Virus record (IMG/VR): IMGVR_UViG_3300017714_000002
Reading direction: 5' to 3' (one strand)
Source of the DNA: an uncultured virus (IMG/VR IMGVR_UViG_3300017714_000002)
Lineage: Duplodnaviria > Heunggongvirae > Uroviricota > Caudoviricetes
Length of the DNA stretch: 64,000 nt
Shown: positions 39,464 through 48,208 of the stretch, piece by piece
Layout of the letters: every line of letters begins with the position of its first letter
How positions within the stretch are numbered: position 1 is the first letter of the stretch
The notes under the pieces: model-generated
Told to the model about the DNA's origin: nothing
What the model saw: only the letters and a program-made list of their open reading frames with translations
Databases searched by the model: none
Translations under genes and position numbers: made by a program

Positions 39464-41020
39464 GTGGCAGTAGACACAAAATTAACCAAAACCCCTTATA
39501 GAAAAGAAAAATATACAGAAGCTCAACTTACTGAGTTAGCTAGATGTGCCAATGACCCAAAATATTTTATGAGGGAGCATTGTTATATTCAACATCCTAC
39601 TCAAGGACGTCTAAAATTTGATCTATATAATTTTCAAGACGAGCTAGTAGACGTATATCATAAAAATAGATACAGTATTAGTATGTTAGCCAGACAAATG
39701 GGTAAGAGTACCTGTGCGGCAGGTTACCTGTTATGGTATGCTATGTTTAATCCTGATCAAACAATTTTAGTAGCGGCACACAAATATGCAGGTGCTAGTG
39801 AAATTATGCAACGTGTTAGATTTGCATACGAAACACTTCCAGACTTTATACGTGCTGGTGTAACAAGTTACAATAAAGGTAGTTTAGAGTTTGATAACGG
39901 TAGTCGTATTATTGCACAGTCAACAACAGAAAACACAGGTAGAGGTTTATCTATTTCATTAGTATACTTAGACGAGTTTGCATTTGTTAGACCAAACATA
40001 GCTAAAGAGTTTTGGACCTCACTTTCACCTACACTAGCAACAGGTGGTAAATGTATTATTACAAGTACACCAAACATGGATGACGATCAGTTTGCACAAA
40101 TTTGGCGAGACTCATTAAAGAATCAAGATGAATTTGGAAACGAAACTGCTACTGGTATAAATGGATTTGCTCATTATCAAGCAACTTGGGAAGCTCACCC
40201 AGATAGAGATGAAGATTGGGCTGAAGTTGAATTAGGAAAAATTGGCGAAGAAAGATTTAGACGTGAACATAAATGTGAATTTATTGCATTTGATGAAACA
40301 CTAATTGATAGTATTAGACTTGCAAATATGGAAGCAAGGGACCCTTACGCAACAGCAGGTCAAGTTAGGTGGTATGCACCATTAGCAAAAGGTAAACTTT
40401 ATATGATAGCATTGGATCCAAGTTTAGGCACAGGAGGAGATAATAGTGCTATACAAGTTTATCAAATGCCAGGAATGAAACAAATGGCAGAGTGGATGCA
40501 CAATAGAACTACTGTACAAGGACAGATTAAAATTTTACGTGAGATTGCACAATACATTGAAAGTGAAACAAATAACGATTGTGAAATATATTATAGCATG
40601 GAAAATAATACACTTGGTGAAGCGGCCCTGGTTACAGTAGAAGAACAAGGAGAAGAAAACTTTCCTGGTACATTTTTAACTGAAACAAGACAGCATGGAA
40701 ATGCTAGAAGATACAGAAGAGGCTTTACTACAACACATAAATCAAAAATATCAGCTTGTGCTAAACTAAAGCATTGGATTGAAACTGATAAGTTAGAGGT
40801 AGCAAGTAAGCCTCTATTAAGAGAATTAAAAACATTTATAGCTAGAGGAAATAGCTATTCAGCTAAAGATGGCGAAAATGATGACTTGGTAATGTCATTA
40901 GTATTAATAGTACGTATGAGTATGGAAGTATCAAAATACGAAGAAAGTGCATTTGAATACCTTAATGACGACTTTGAAGATGATGACGGTATGGAACCAA
41001 TGCCATTTAGCCTACTATAA
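39464..41020 (+). CDS. gp17: Terminase large subunit
   Basis: GTG start with SD GGAGG. LYNFQ adenine motif, LARQMGKS Walker A, YLDEFAF Walker B, ITSTPN, RNase H-like ALDPSLG.GGD and NDDLVM. Confidence 0.95.
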   Translation: MAVDTKLTKTPYRKEKYTEAQLTELARCANDPKYFMREHCYIQHPTQGRLKFDLYNFQDELVDVYHKNRYSISMLARQMGKSTCAAGYLLWYAMFNPDQTILVAAHKYAGASEIMQRVRFAYETLPDFIRAGVTSYNKGSLEFDNGSRIIAQSTTENTGRGLSISLVYLDEFAFVRPNIAKEFWTSLSPTLATGGKCIITSTPNMDDDQFAQIWRDSLKNQDEFGNETATGINGFAHYQATWEAHPDRDEDWAEVELGKIGEERFRREHKCEFIAFDETLIDSIRLANMEARDPYATAGQVRWYAPLAKGKLYMIALDPSLGTGGDNSAIQVYQMPGMKQMAEWMHNRTTVQGQIKILREIAQYIESETNNDCEIYYSMENNTLGEAALVTVEEQGEENFPGTFLTETRQHGNARRYRRGFTTTHKSKISACAKLKHWIETDKLEVASKPLLRELKTFIARGNSYSAKDGENDDLVMSLVLIVRMSMEVSKYEESAFEYLNDDFEDDDGMEPMPFSLL

Positions 41021-41058
41021 TGCTTAAAATGATAAATACATTAAAGGATAACTAAACA

Positions 41059-42534
41059 ATGGAATTATCGACAGAAATTTTTAATATACTAAAAGGCGCT
41101 AATATCAAATTAAAACTTTTTGATGCAATGGGTGCTAAAACACTAGATCCTGAATCAGCATCTAGATTTTATGCATACGAAGATGACTTTTTAGTAACAA
41201 AAAGAATTGAAAATGAAGATACTGAAATTGTAGTTCAAGCAGGTGCAGACTTTAGTTTTGATAAAAACAAAGCCATGCTTGACAGTATAAAGAAAGCAGG
41301 ACATAACGCCATGGCAGAATATAACGTAAGAAAATTTGATAAAAACATAGTTCCAAAAGACTTTGTAGCTGAAGGCTATGAAAAAACTTGTTTAAATACT
41401 ATTAAAGATGCAGGACTAGATGGTTTCTTTAATAATGGAACATTATACATTGAAGGTGGTAAAGCTGATGTACAATCAGCTAGAGAAGCTATACAAGCTG
41501 AACCAGATATTTACAAAGCACCACCTATTGCTAAAGATACAGACTATTATGGAATGAATGATTTTACTGAAACAGTAAATGAAGCATATAGAAAAGCAAC
41601 AGGTACATTAAAATCAAGTTATGTTATGTTTCCAGAATCAACAAGATTAGTTATCAGACACAATAAAGCAGTAGATGAAGAAGTACGTGGTAGTAGATCA
41701 CGTAACATCAAAGGCTTGTTTATTGAAAATTCAACAGGTGAAAGATTTAAATTCCCATACAAATATTTAAATGGTGCAAAAGCTATGGCCAACCATGTAA
41801 GTCATGGTGGTACACCATATGATGCAATTGGTGAATCAATTTTACAACTTTGTGAAGAAATAGCTCAAGTGAATACATTTGTTAAACACGTTCGTTCAAA
41901 CAAATTAGTTAACGAAACTAACGAAAAAATTGTAGAAACTTGTAAGAGCAAATTAAAAGGTTTAAAACATACTATAGAAAGTTTACAAACATCAAAAGGT
42001 TACAGTAATTTTGAAGCTAAAACTCCAATCGTTGAAAATTCAGATAAACCGGTTGACATTGCGGATAAATTCATGTACAATACGTTTAAGAATGCAGATA
42101 TGAATGCAGTTCTTGAAACAATAGCTCGTATAGTAAAGGAAGCAGATTCTATGGATGATATGGTTAATGACGCAATTATGAAGTTATACGGAATGATCAA
42201 AGATAAAGTTGATTTTAAACTTAATATTGATCCAGCAGATCCGGATCATCCAGATAACGAAGATCCTATTAAATACTCAGGTGGAATGGGTGCTCAAGCA
42301 AAATTAAGTAGTTTACTATCTTACCTTGCTATGAACAGTAAGAATGATGAAGCATTTAACCATTTAAGTTTAATTGGTAGCGAATTACATCGTTTACCAC
42401 AACAAAAACTTAGTCTGGTAAACAAAATGGCTATATTCTTAGACAAGCATTATAAAGCACCGTCTAAAGAACAAGCACCAGCTGAAAGCATAGTAGAATC
42501 ATCGGTAAAAAGTTTACGTAGAAAAGTTGCGTAA
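41059..42534 (+). CDS. Late hypothetical protein
   Basis: Late box at 41032; RSRNIKGLFIENSTGERFKFPYKYLNGAKAMANHV motif. Function unknown. Confidence 0.65.
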   Translation: MELSTEIFNILKGANIKLKLFDAMGAKTLDPESASRFYAYEDDFLVTKRIENEDTEIVVQAGADFSFDKNKAMLDSIKKAGHNAMAEYNVRKFDKNIVPKDFVAEGYEKTCLNTIKDAGLDGFFNNGTLYIEGGKADVQSAREAIQAEPDIYKAPPIAKDTDYYGMNDFTETVNEAYRKATGTLKSSYVMFPESTRLVIRHNKAVDEEVRGSRSRNIKGLFIENSTGERFKFPYKYLNGAKAMANHVSHGGTPYDAIGESILQLCEEIAQVNTFVKHVRSNKLVNETNEKIVETCKSKLKGLKHTIESLQTSKGYSNFEAKTPIVENSDKPVDIADKFMYNTFKNADMNAVLETIARIVKEADSMDDMVNDAIMKLYGMIKDKVDFKLNIDPADPDHPDNEDPIKYSGGMGAQAKLSSLLSYLAMNSKNDEAFNHLSLIGSELHRLPQQKLSLVNKMAIFLDKHYKAPSKEQAPAESIVESSVKSLRRKVA

Positions 42535-42541
42535 AAAGTAC

Positions 42542-42570
42542 TTGACAGTAAGTACTATAAACTGTATACT
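42542..42570 (+). promoter_or_regulatory. sigma70-type promoter for gp32 operon
   Basis: TTGACA-N17-TATACT; the -35 is embedded in the inverted repeat AGTACTT-N6-AAGTACT (42537-42556). Confidence 0.75.
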
Positions 42571-42665
42571 GTACAGGCTAACAAAGGCAAACGTAATCAA
42601 TAGATTACACTAAAAAGTTAACACAGAGTTAACTTACTATTATAGGCTAATAAAGGAGATACATT

Positions 42666-43682
42666 ATGGCATCTTTAGCAGATATCCGTGCTAAATTACA
42701 GGCACAAGAAACAAAGAGCACAAGCTCTAACATGGCGTCAGATAACGCCATCTTCGCTCACTGGAACATACCAGAGGGCACATCAGCAACACTTAGATTC
42801 TTACCAGACGCAGACGAGAACAATACTTTCTTTTGGAAAGAAAGACAAATGATTCGTTTGAGTTTTCCTGGTGTAAAGGGTCAAGACGAAACTAAACCAG
42901 TAACAGTACAGGTTCCGTGTGTGGAAATGTGGGGAGAACAATGCCCAGTTCATGCAGAAATCCGTCCTTGGTTTAAAGATACGACTATGGAAGATATGGG
43001 TCGTAAATATTGGAAAAAACGTTCATACATTTTCCAAGGTTTTGTAACTGCAAGTGATATGCAGGAAGACAGTCTTCCAGAAAATCCAATCAGACGATTT
43101 GTTATTTCACCTCAGATTTATAAAATTATCAGCTCAGCATTAATGGATCCTGAATTTCAGGAGATACCAACTGATTACGAAGCAGGTACTGATTTCACAG
43201 TTAAGAAATCTACCAAAGGTCAGTATGCTGATTATTCAACATCTAATTGGGCTCGTAGAGAACGTAGTCTAGATCAAGCAGAACGTGATGCTATTGCAAA
43301 ACACGGTTTGTTTAATCTAAATGACTTCCTTCCTAAGAAGCCAGATGCAGAATCGCTAAATGCAATTTTTGAAATGTTTGAAGCGAGTGTAGATGGACAA
43401 CTATATGATCCAGAACGTTTTGGTTCTTATTATCGTCCATATGGTGTAGATGCACCAAGTGGTAGTTCACCTAAGCCAGAAGCTAAGGTAGTTGAAACTA
43501 CTGCTAGTACACCGCAACCAGCACCGCAACCGGCGCCAGTAGCACCCGTTGCTCCAACGCCAGCACCAGCGGCACCAGTAGTTAACAAGGAACCAGAAAT
43601 GGCAACTGCTACTGCGGCACCAGCAGGTGATGCACCGAGTGCTCAAGACATTTTAGCGGCTATTAGAAATAGAAAGCAGTAA
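42666..43682 (+). CDS. gp32: Single-stranded DNA-binding protein, T4 gp32-like
   Basis: ATLRFLPD, C......CPV, RKYWKKRSY, G.DFTVKK, YADYSTS.W, and a Pro/Ala linker; upstream of UvsX. Confidence 0.85.
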   Translation: MASLADIRAKLQAQETKSTSSNMASDNAIFAHWNIPEGTSATLRFLPDADENNTFFWKERQMIRLSFPGVKGQDETKPVTVQVPCVEMWGEQCPVHAEIRPWFKDTTMEDMGRKYWKKRSYIFQGFVTASDMQEDSLPENPIRRFVISPQIYKIISSALMDPEFQEIPTDYEAGTDFTVKKSTKGQYADYSTSNWARRERSLDQAERDAIAKHGLFNLNDFLPKKPDAESLNAIFEMFEASVDGQLYDPERFGSYYRPYGVDAPSGSSPKPEAKVVETTASTPQPAPQPAPVAPVAPTPAPAAPVVNKEPEMATATAAPAGDAPSAQDILAAIRNRKQ

Positions 43683-43690
43683 TTAAATCT

Positions 43691-43717
43691 AGAGTGTAGC
43701 TTCGGCTACACTCTTTT
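43691..43717 (+). terminator. Intrinsic terminator with C(UUCG)G tetraloop
   Basis: AGAGTGTAGC-TTCG-GCTACACTCT-TTT. Confidence 0.9.
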
Positions 43718-43735
43718 AACAAGGAGAAAAAACAT

Positions 43736-44827
43736 ATGGCAAAACCATTTGACGTAAGTAAATTCCGTAAGAGTATTACAAAGTCAGTTCCAGGTCTTTC
43801 AGTAGGCTTTAATGATCCTGACACTTGGATATCTACAGGAAATTATACATTAAATAAACTTATCAGTGATGACTTTCATAAAGGTATTCCACTTGGTAAG
43901 GTAACAGTACTTGCAGGAGAATCAGGTGCTGGTAAATCATTTATTGCGGCAGGAAATGTTGTAAAAAATGCACAAGACCAAGGCATATTTGTTATTCTAA
44001 TTGATAGTGAGAATGCACTAGATGAGAAATGGCTACACGCCTTGGACGTAAATACAGATCCAGATAAACTACTAAAACTAAACATGAGTATGATTGATGA
44101 TGTTGCTAAAACAGTTAGTGACTTTATGAGAGATTACAAAGCAGAATATGCTGAAAAAGAAAAAGAAGAAAGACCTAAGGTGTTGTTTGTTGTAGATAGT
44201 TTGGGTATGTTGTTAACACCAACAGATGTTGATCAGTTTCAAAAAGGTGATATGAAAGGTGACATGGGTCGTAAGCCTAAAGCACTAACATCACTTGTTA
44301 GAAATACTGTTAATATGTTTGGTGAATATAATGTTGGTATGTTATGTACTAACCATACATATGCATCGCAAGATATGTTTGATCCAGATGATAAAATATC
44401 AGGTGGACAAGGCTTTATCTATGCAAGTAGTATTGTTATTGCAATGCGTAAACTCAAATTAAAAGTTGATGCAGACGGTAATAAGACCAGTGAAGTACAT
44501 GGTATTAGAGCGGCCTGTAAAGTAATGAAAACAAGATATAGTAAACCATTTGAAAGTGTACAAGTTGAAATTCCTTATGAAACAGGAATGAGTCCACACA
44601 GTGGTTTAGTAGACTTCTTTGAAGGTAAAGGTGCCCTCAAAAAAACTGGAAACAGATTAGAATATACTAGTCCTGTTACAGGAGAAGTAGTAACAAAGTT
44701 CCGTAAGGCTTGGGCAAGTAATGAAGCAGATCACTTGGATCTAGTTATGTCGGAATGGGATAAGCAACCTCAAGATGTGCAAGATGCACTTCCAGAACAA
44801 GAAGCACCTGAAGTAACAGAGGAGTAA
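43736..44827 (+). CDS. uvsX: RecA-like recombinase
   Basis: ISTGNYTLN, AGESGAGKS Walker A, IDSENALD, VVDSLG, TNHTY, and SGGQG.IYASS. Confidence 0.95.
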   Translation: MAKPFDVSKFRKSITKSVPGLSVGFNDPDTWISTGNYTLNKLISDDFHKGIPLGKVTVLAGESGAGKSFIAAGNVVKNAQDQGIFVILIDSENALDEKWLHALDVNTDPDKLLKLNMSMIDDVAKTVSDFMRDYKAEYAEKEKEERPKVLFVVDSLGMLLTPTDVDQFQKGDMKGDMGRKPKALTSLVRNTVNMFGEYNVGMLCTNHTYASQDMFDPDDKISGGQGFIYASSIVIAMRKLKLKVDADGNKTSEVHGIRAACKVMKTRYSKPFESVQVEIPYETGMSPHSGLVDFFEGKGALKKTGNRLEYTSPVTGEVVTKFRKAWASNEADHLDLVMSEWDKQPQDVQDALPEQEAPEVTEE

Positions 44828-44829
44828 AG

Positions 44830-45108
44830 ATGAATATAACAGATGGAGACTTTGAATTATTGTTTAATCTGTATGATGAAGCTAAAGAATTTATTAGTGA
44901 AAAGGATAAACCTGAATTTGCTAATAAATTCGTTTATCATCTAGCTGACTATGGTTTTGAAATTAAAACTGCGGCAAAAGAAATAGCTGATCATTGTGAT
45001 TACCTTGCAGATGCAATGGACGAATATATAGAAAACAACGATGATGATGAAGATCCGTATGATGACTATAGTGAAGGCTATAGTGATGATGACGATGAGC
45101 AATATTAA
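44830..45108 (+). CDS. Hypothetical acidic protein
   Basis: SD GAGGAG; lies between uvsX and uvsY. Confidence 0.6.
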   Translation: MNITDGDFELLFNLYDEAKEFISEKDKPEFANKFVYHLADYGFEIKTAAKEIADHCDYLADAMDEYIENNDDDEDPYDDYSEGYSDDDDEQY

Positions 45109-45110
45109 TT

Positions 45111-45569
45111 ATGAGTGTATGGTATCGTAAAGTAACTGCAAATTTAAGCGAGATAGTTGAAACTATTTCTCATTTTGAGAAAGAAATTGATCAAGCTCGT
45201 TTTGAATGTGGAATGAAAGGCAATCTCGAAAAGCATAGTAGAGAGATGCCTGGTGTTGTGGAGCATAGATTTAATCAGTTACAGGAAGTAGAAGCAATAC
45301 TAGAGTTTCTCAATACTGAAATGAGAAAACTACGTGCTAAAACGTTCAGAAAATACTTGGAAAATTATAATAAAGCATTAAGCAGTAGAGATGCAGAAAA
45401 GTATGTGGATGGAGAACAAGAAGTAGTTGATTTGCAGTACCTAATCAAGGATTTTAGTTTAGTACGTAATCGATACATAGGGATTATTAAGGCTTTAGAA
45501 GCTAAAGGCTTTCAAATAAACAACATAGTTAAGCTAAGAGCGGCTGGTTTAGAAGATATTTCGTTATAA
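45111..45569 (+). CDS. uvsY: Recombination mediator, UvsY-like
   Basis: Helical 152 aa protein with SRDAEKYVDGE and IIKALEAKGFQINNIVKLR at the C-terminus; located near uvsX and uvsW. Confidence 0.75.
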   Translation: MSVWYRKVTANLSEIVETISHFEKEIDQARFECGMKGNLEKHSREMPGVVEHRFNQLQEVEAILEFLNTEMRKLRAKTFRKYLENYNKALSSRDAEKYVDGEQEVVDLQYLIKDFSLVRNRYIGIIKALEAKGFQINNIVKLRAAGLEDISL

Positions 45570-45583
45570 CGCCATATTATTGG

Positions 45584-45622
45584 TTGACAAAAATTTTTTT
45601 AAGCCGTATAATTAACGTATAG
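45584..45622 (+). promoter_or_regulatory. sigma70 promoter (perfect consensus)
   Basis: TTGACA-N17-TATAAT-N4-GTATAG. Confidence 0.8.
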
Positions 45623-45668
45623 ATTGTAAAAACCAACAGGGCGGACATCCCAAACACAGGAGCAAACT

Positions 45669-46382
45669 ATGCCAAAAAATTTATTTAATAATATCACTAC
45701 ATTAGATGTGATGTGTGCTTCTGTTGAAGTATACAAGTCACAAGGATTCATTAAAAGTGGACATGGTTATACAGATACTGATCATGCGAGTGGTGAACCA
45801 GTAAAAATAGATGATAACAAAACTATGATGTTATCTCTATTAAAAGCAACAGATGCTGGTAAAACAAATTTCACAACAGAAACTGTAGAAGAAGCTAATA
45901 ATCTAATTAATAGTATTAATGGTAAATTAATGCTAAAAAAGATGACAAATACTCTTAACAATTTTGAGAGCAATGTTGTTAAAGCATTATCAGAAGCTGA
46001 CGTGAATAAGTTTTCAATAAGCATTATTGCAAGTTTACCACATAGTGTTAGTATTGACAAAAAACGTGAAGTTATTGCAGATCGTATGTCAGGTCTAAAA
46101 CACAGTAGCCAATATTTTGGTGAAAAAGGTAAACGTTTTGATATTGATGTAGAAGTACTTGATGTTAAATTTATTCAAACTAGTAATGTCTATATGATTT
46201 CTACTTGTTATGCAGAAAAAGATATTGTTAAGTTTTGGTGGAGAGATCAGCCAGATATTAGTGATATTATTGCTAACAAAACTATTAAGATTCGTGCTAC
46301 AGTTAACAAGCATGAACTATCTAAATATACAGGTGCCAAAGAAACTATGGTAAACCGTGTTAAAATTTTAAGTATTGCATAA
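45669..46382 (+). CDS. Hypothetical early protein (possible C-terminal OB-like fold)
   Basis: SD AGGAG; beta-rich C-terminus. Confidence 0.6.
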   Translation: MPKNLFNNITTLDVMCASVEVYKSQGFIKSGHGYTDTDHASGEPVKIDDNKTMMLSLLKATDAGKTNFTTETVEEANNLINSINGKLMLKKMTNTLNNFESNVVKALSEADVNKFSISIIASLPHSVSIDKKREVIADRMSGLKHSSQYFGEKGKRFDIDVEVLDVKFIQTSNVYMISTCYAEKDIVKFWWRDQPDISDIIANKTIKIRATVNKHELSKYTGAKETMVNRVKILSIA

Positions 46383-46708
46383 TGGTTGATATACTTATAA
46401 AATCTGTTGTAGGTGGATTACTAATTGGTATAGTAAGTACATTAGCACAAAAGAATCCAACAGCCGGTGCATTTATAATGGGAATACCATTGGTAAGTTT
46501 TATTACATTGGTAATTATGCATTATAGTGGAGTAGATTTTCAAACTTTAAAAACATTTAGTTATCAAACCGTATACTTTGTATTGGTAAGCCTAGTTTTC
46601 TTTCCTTTATTCATTTGGTTTTATCCAGGTGGATTTTGGGTAGCACTTATTTCTAGTGCAACAGGTGTTGGTATAATGATGGCAATCCTAGCAAAAATAA
46701 TTGCTTGA
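46382..46708 (+). CDS. Small integral membrane protein (DUF3147-like)
   Basis: About 4 hydrophobic helices; K..VGGLLI..VS.LA.K.P..GA.I.GIPLVS pattern. Confidence 0.6.
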   Translation: MVDILIKSVVGGLLIGIVSTLAQKNPTAGAFIMGIPLVSFITLVIMHYSGVDFQTLKTFSYQTVYFVLVSLVFFPLFIWFYPGGFWVALISSATGVGIMMAILAKIIA

Positions 46709-46733
46709 CATATTTCGCATTTTATTATATAGT
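46705..46733 (+). promoter_or_regulatory. sigma70-type promoter
   Basis: TTGACA-N17-TATAGT. Confidence 0.65.
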
Positions 46734-46786
46734 AATAGTTAATTTAATTTATTAAATTAATTTAATAAAAACAAGGGAGAAATAAA

Positions 46787-47047
46787 ATGGCAAGATCAAA
46801 TGCAAAAGGTGCTACTTTCTTTTCAGAAGGTACACAAAATCAAAGAATCCTAGCTAATTTCTGGGGTACAGGAAGTACGTTCACAATGAACGATCTAAGA
46901 AATGACTTAGATATTGCTTCTCCAGCGGCAAGGTTACTTGAGCTAAAAGAAGCTGGCTTTAACGTAAAAGCTAAAGCAGTTGATTCAGGCGCAGTAGGCA
47001 GACCTGAGATGGAATATTCAATTCCAAGAAGAAGAGTAGTAGCATAA
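46787..47047 (+). CDS. Small winged helix-turn-helix DNA-binding protein
   Basis: TQNQRILA...FT..DLR..LDIASPAARLLELKEAGFNV pattern; monocistronic unit. Confidence 0.6.
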   Translation: MARSNAKGATFFSEGTQNQRILANFWGTGSTFTMNDLRNDLDIASPAARLLELKEAGFNVKAKAVDSGAVGRPEMEYSIPRRRVVA

Positions 47048-47060
47048 TTAAGTTACTAAC

Positions 47061-47094
47061 AGAAAAAAGGCCCATTTTTTTTGGGCCTTTTTCT
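47061..47094. terminator. Bidirectional-type terminator
   Basis: AAAAAAGGCCCA-T7-TGGGCCTTTTT. Confidence 0.75.
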
Positions 47095-47105
47095 ATGAAA
47101 AACAA

Positions 47106-47217
47106 AAAACCCAATAAAATCAAGGGTTTACACTCCAAAAAAAATTAAAAAAAAGTGCATAAAAAGGTTGACTTTTCTACCAAGATATCTTATTATATAT
47201 GTATAGTTAGAAATAAA
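47106..47217 (+). promoter_or_regulatory. Early promoter sharing motifs with 26231-26322
   Basis: TTGACT(47168)-N17-TATTAT; palindrome AAGATATCTT; GTATAGTTAGAAATAAA at 47201-47217; inverted 26-bp motif at 47106-47131. Confidence 0.75.
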
Positions 47218-47239
47218 CATTAAGAAATAGGAGTCGTAA

Positions 47240-48103
47240 ATGGCACAATTAAAAAGACAAAGAAAAAACAAAAAAGGCGAGACAATCGTTGAAGTTCTTC
47301 CTACTAAAGTAAAAGACAATCCTAACGAGACTGATGAGCAAATCATAGAACGTATGAGAGAAAGGTTCTCTATACTTGATGATATGACACAAGCTTCAAT
47401 AGATGGTGTTGTTAGAGGTATGGTAGTAACAGGCCCTCCAGGCGTAGGTAAATCATTTGGTGTTGAACAAGTTCTAGAAAAGAATTCATTGTTTGATGTA
47501 CTAGGTGGTAATAAAGCAAAATTTGAAACTGTAAAGGGTGCTTCTAGTGCAATAGGTTTGTACAAAGTTCTTTACAATAATGCAGACAAATCAAACGTAT
47601 TAGTACTTGATGACTGTGATACAGTACTATATGATGAAACTAGTTTGAACTTGTTGAAAGCGGCTTTGGATTCTAGTAAGAAAAGAAAGCTATGTTGGAA
47701 TACAGATTCAGCTCTATTAAGACGTGAAGGTATACCTGATACATTTGAATTTAATGGTTCAGTTATATTCATCACTAACCTTAAGTTTGATAATGTAAGA
47801 GGTAAAATTAAAGATCACCTTGATGCTATAATGTCAAGATGTCATTACTTAGATCTTACTATGGATACAACTAGGGAGAAAGTTCTTAGATGTAAGCAAA
47901 TAGTTAAAGACGGTATGCTTAACGAGTATATGTTCAGCGAAGCTGAAAAAGATGATGTAATGAATTTCATGATCGATAACAAAGATAAGATGAGAGAAAT
48001 AAGTTTGAGAATGGTTACCAAACTTGCAGATCTTAAAAAGTCTATGGGTGACAAGTGGAAAAGAACCGCTGAAGTTACTTGTATGAGGCGAACTGTTTCT
48101 TAA
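47240..48103 (+). CDS. P-loop (AAA+-like) ATPase
   Basis: GPPGVGKS Walker A, LVLDDCD Walker B, IFITN sensor-1, and AIMSR arginine-finger-like motif. Confidence 0.8.
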   Translation: MAQLKRQRKNKKGETIVEVLPTKVKDNPNETDEQIIERMRERFSILDDMTQASIDGVVRGMVVTGPPGVGKSFGVEQVLEKNSLFDVLGGNKAKFETVKGASSAIGLYKVLYNNADKSNVLVLDDCDTVLYDETSLNLLKAALDSSKKRKLCWNTDSALLRREGIPDTFEFNGSVIFITNLKFDNVRGKIKDHLDAIMSRCHYLDLTMDTTREKVLRCKQIVKDGMLNEYMFSEAEKDDVMNFMIDNKDKMREISLRMVTKLADLKKSMGDKWKRTAEVTCMRRTVS

Positions 48104-48121
48104 AACAGTTTTCTAACTATA

Positions 48122-48152
48122 GAAGAGGGGTGAAATTCCCCTCTTCGCTTTT
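48122..48152 (+). terminator. Intrinsic terminator
   Basis: GAAGAGGGG-N7-CCCCTCTTC-GCTTTT. Confidence 0.75.
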
Positions 48153-48173
48153 CAATGTTTTTTCTCAAATTCA

Positions 48174-48202
48174 TTGACAATTCAACATAAGTACTGTAAT
48201 AT
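48174..48202 (+). promoter_or_regulatory. sigma70-type promoter, leaderless configuration
   Basis: TTGACA-N17-TAATAT-N6-ATG(48209). Confidence 0.7.
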
Positions 48203-48208
48203 ATAAAT

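Noticed and set aside
47128..47565. 145-aa minus-strand ORF and similar ones at 54414, 58114 and 62611
   Set aside because: They lie antisense to well-supported genes and show no motifs or expression signals.
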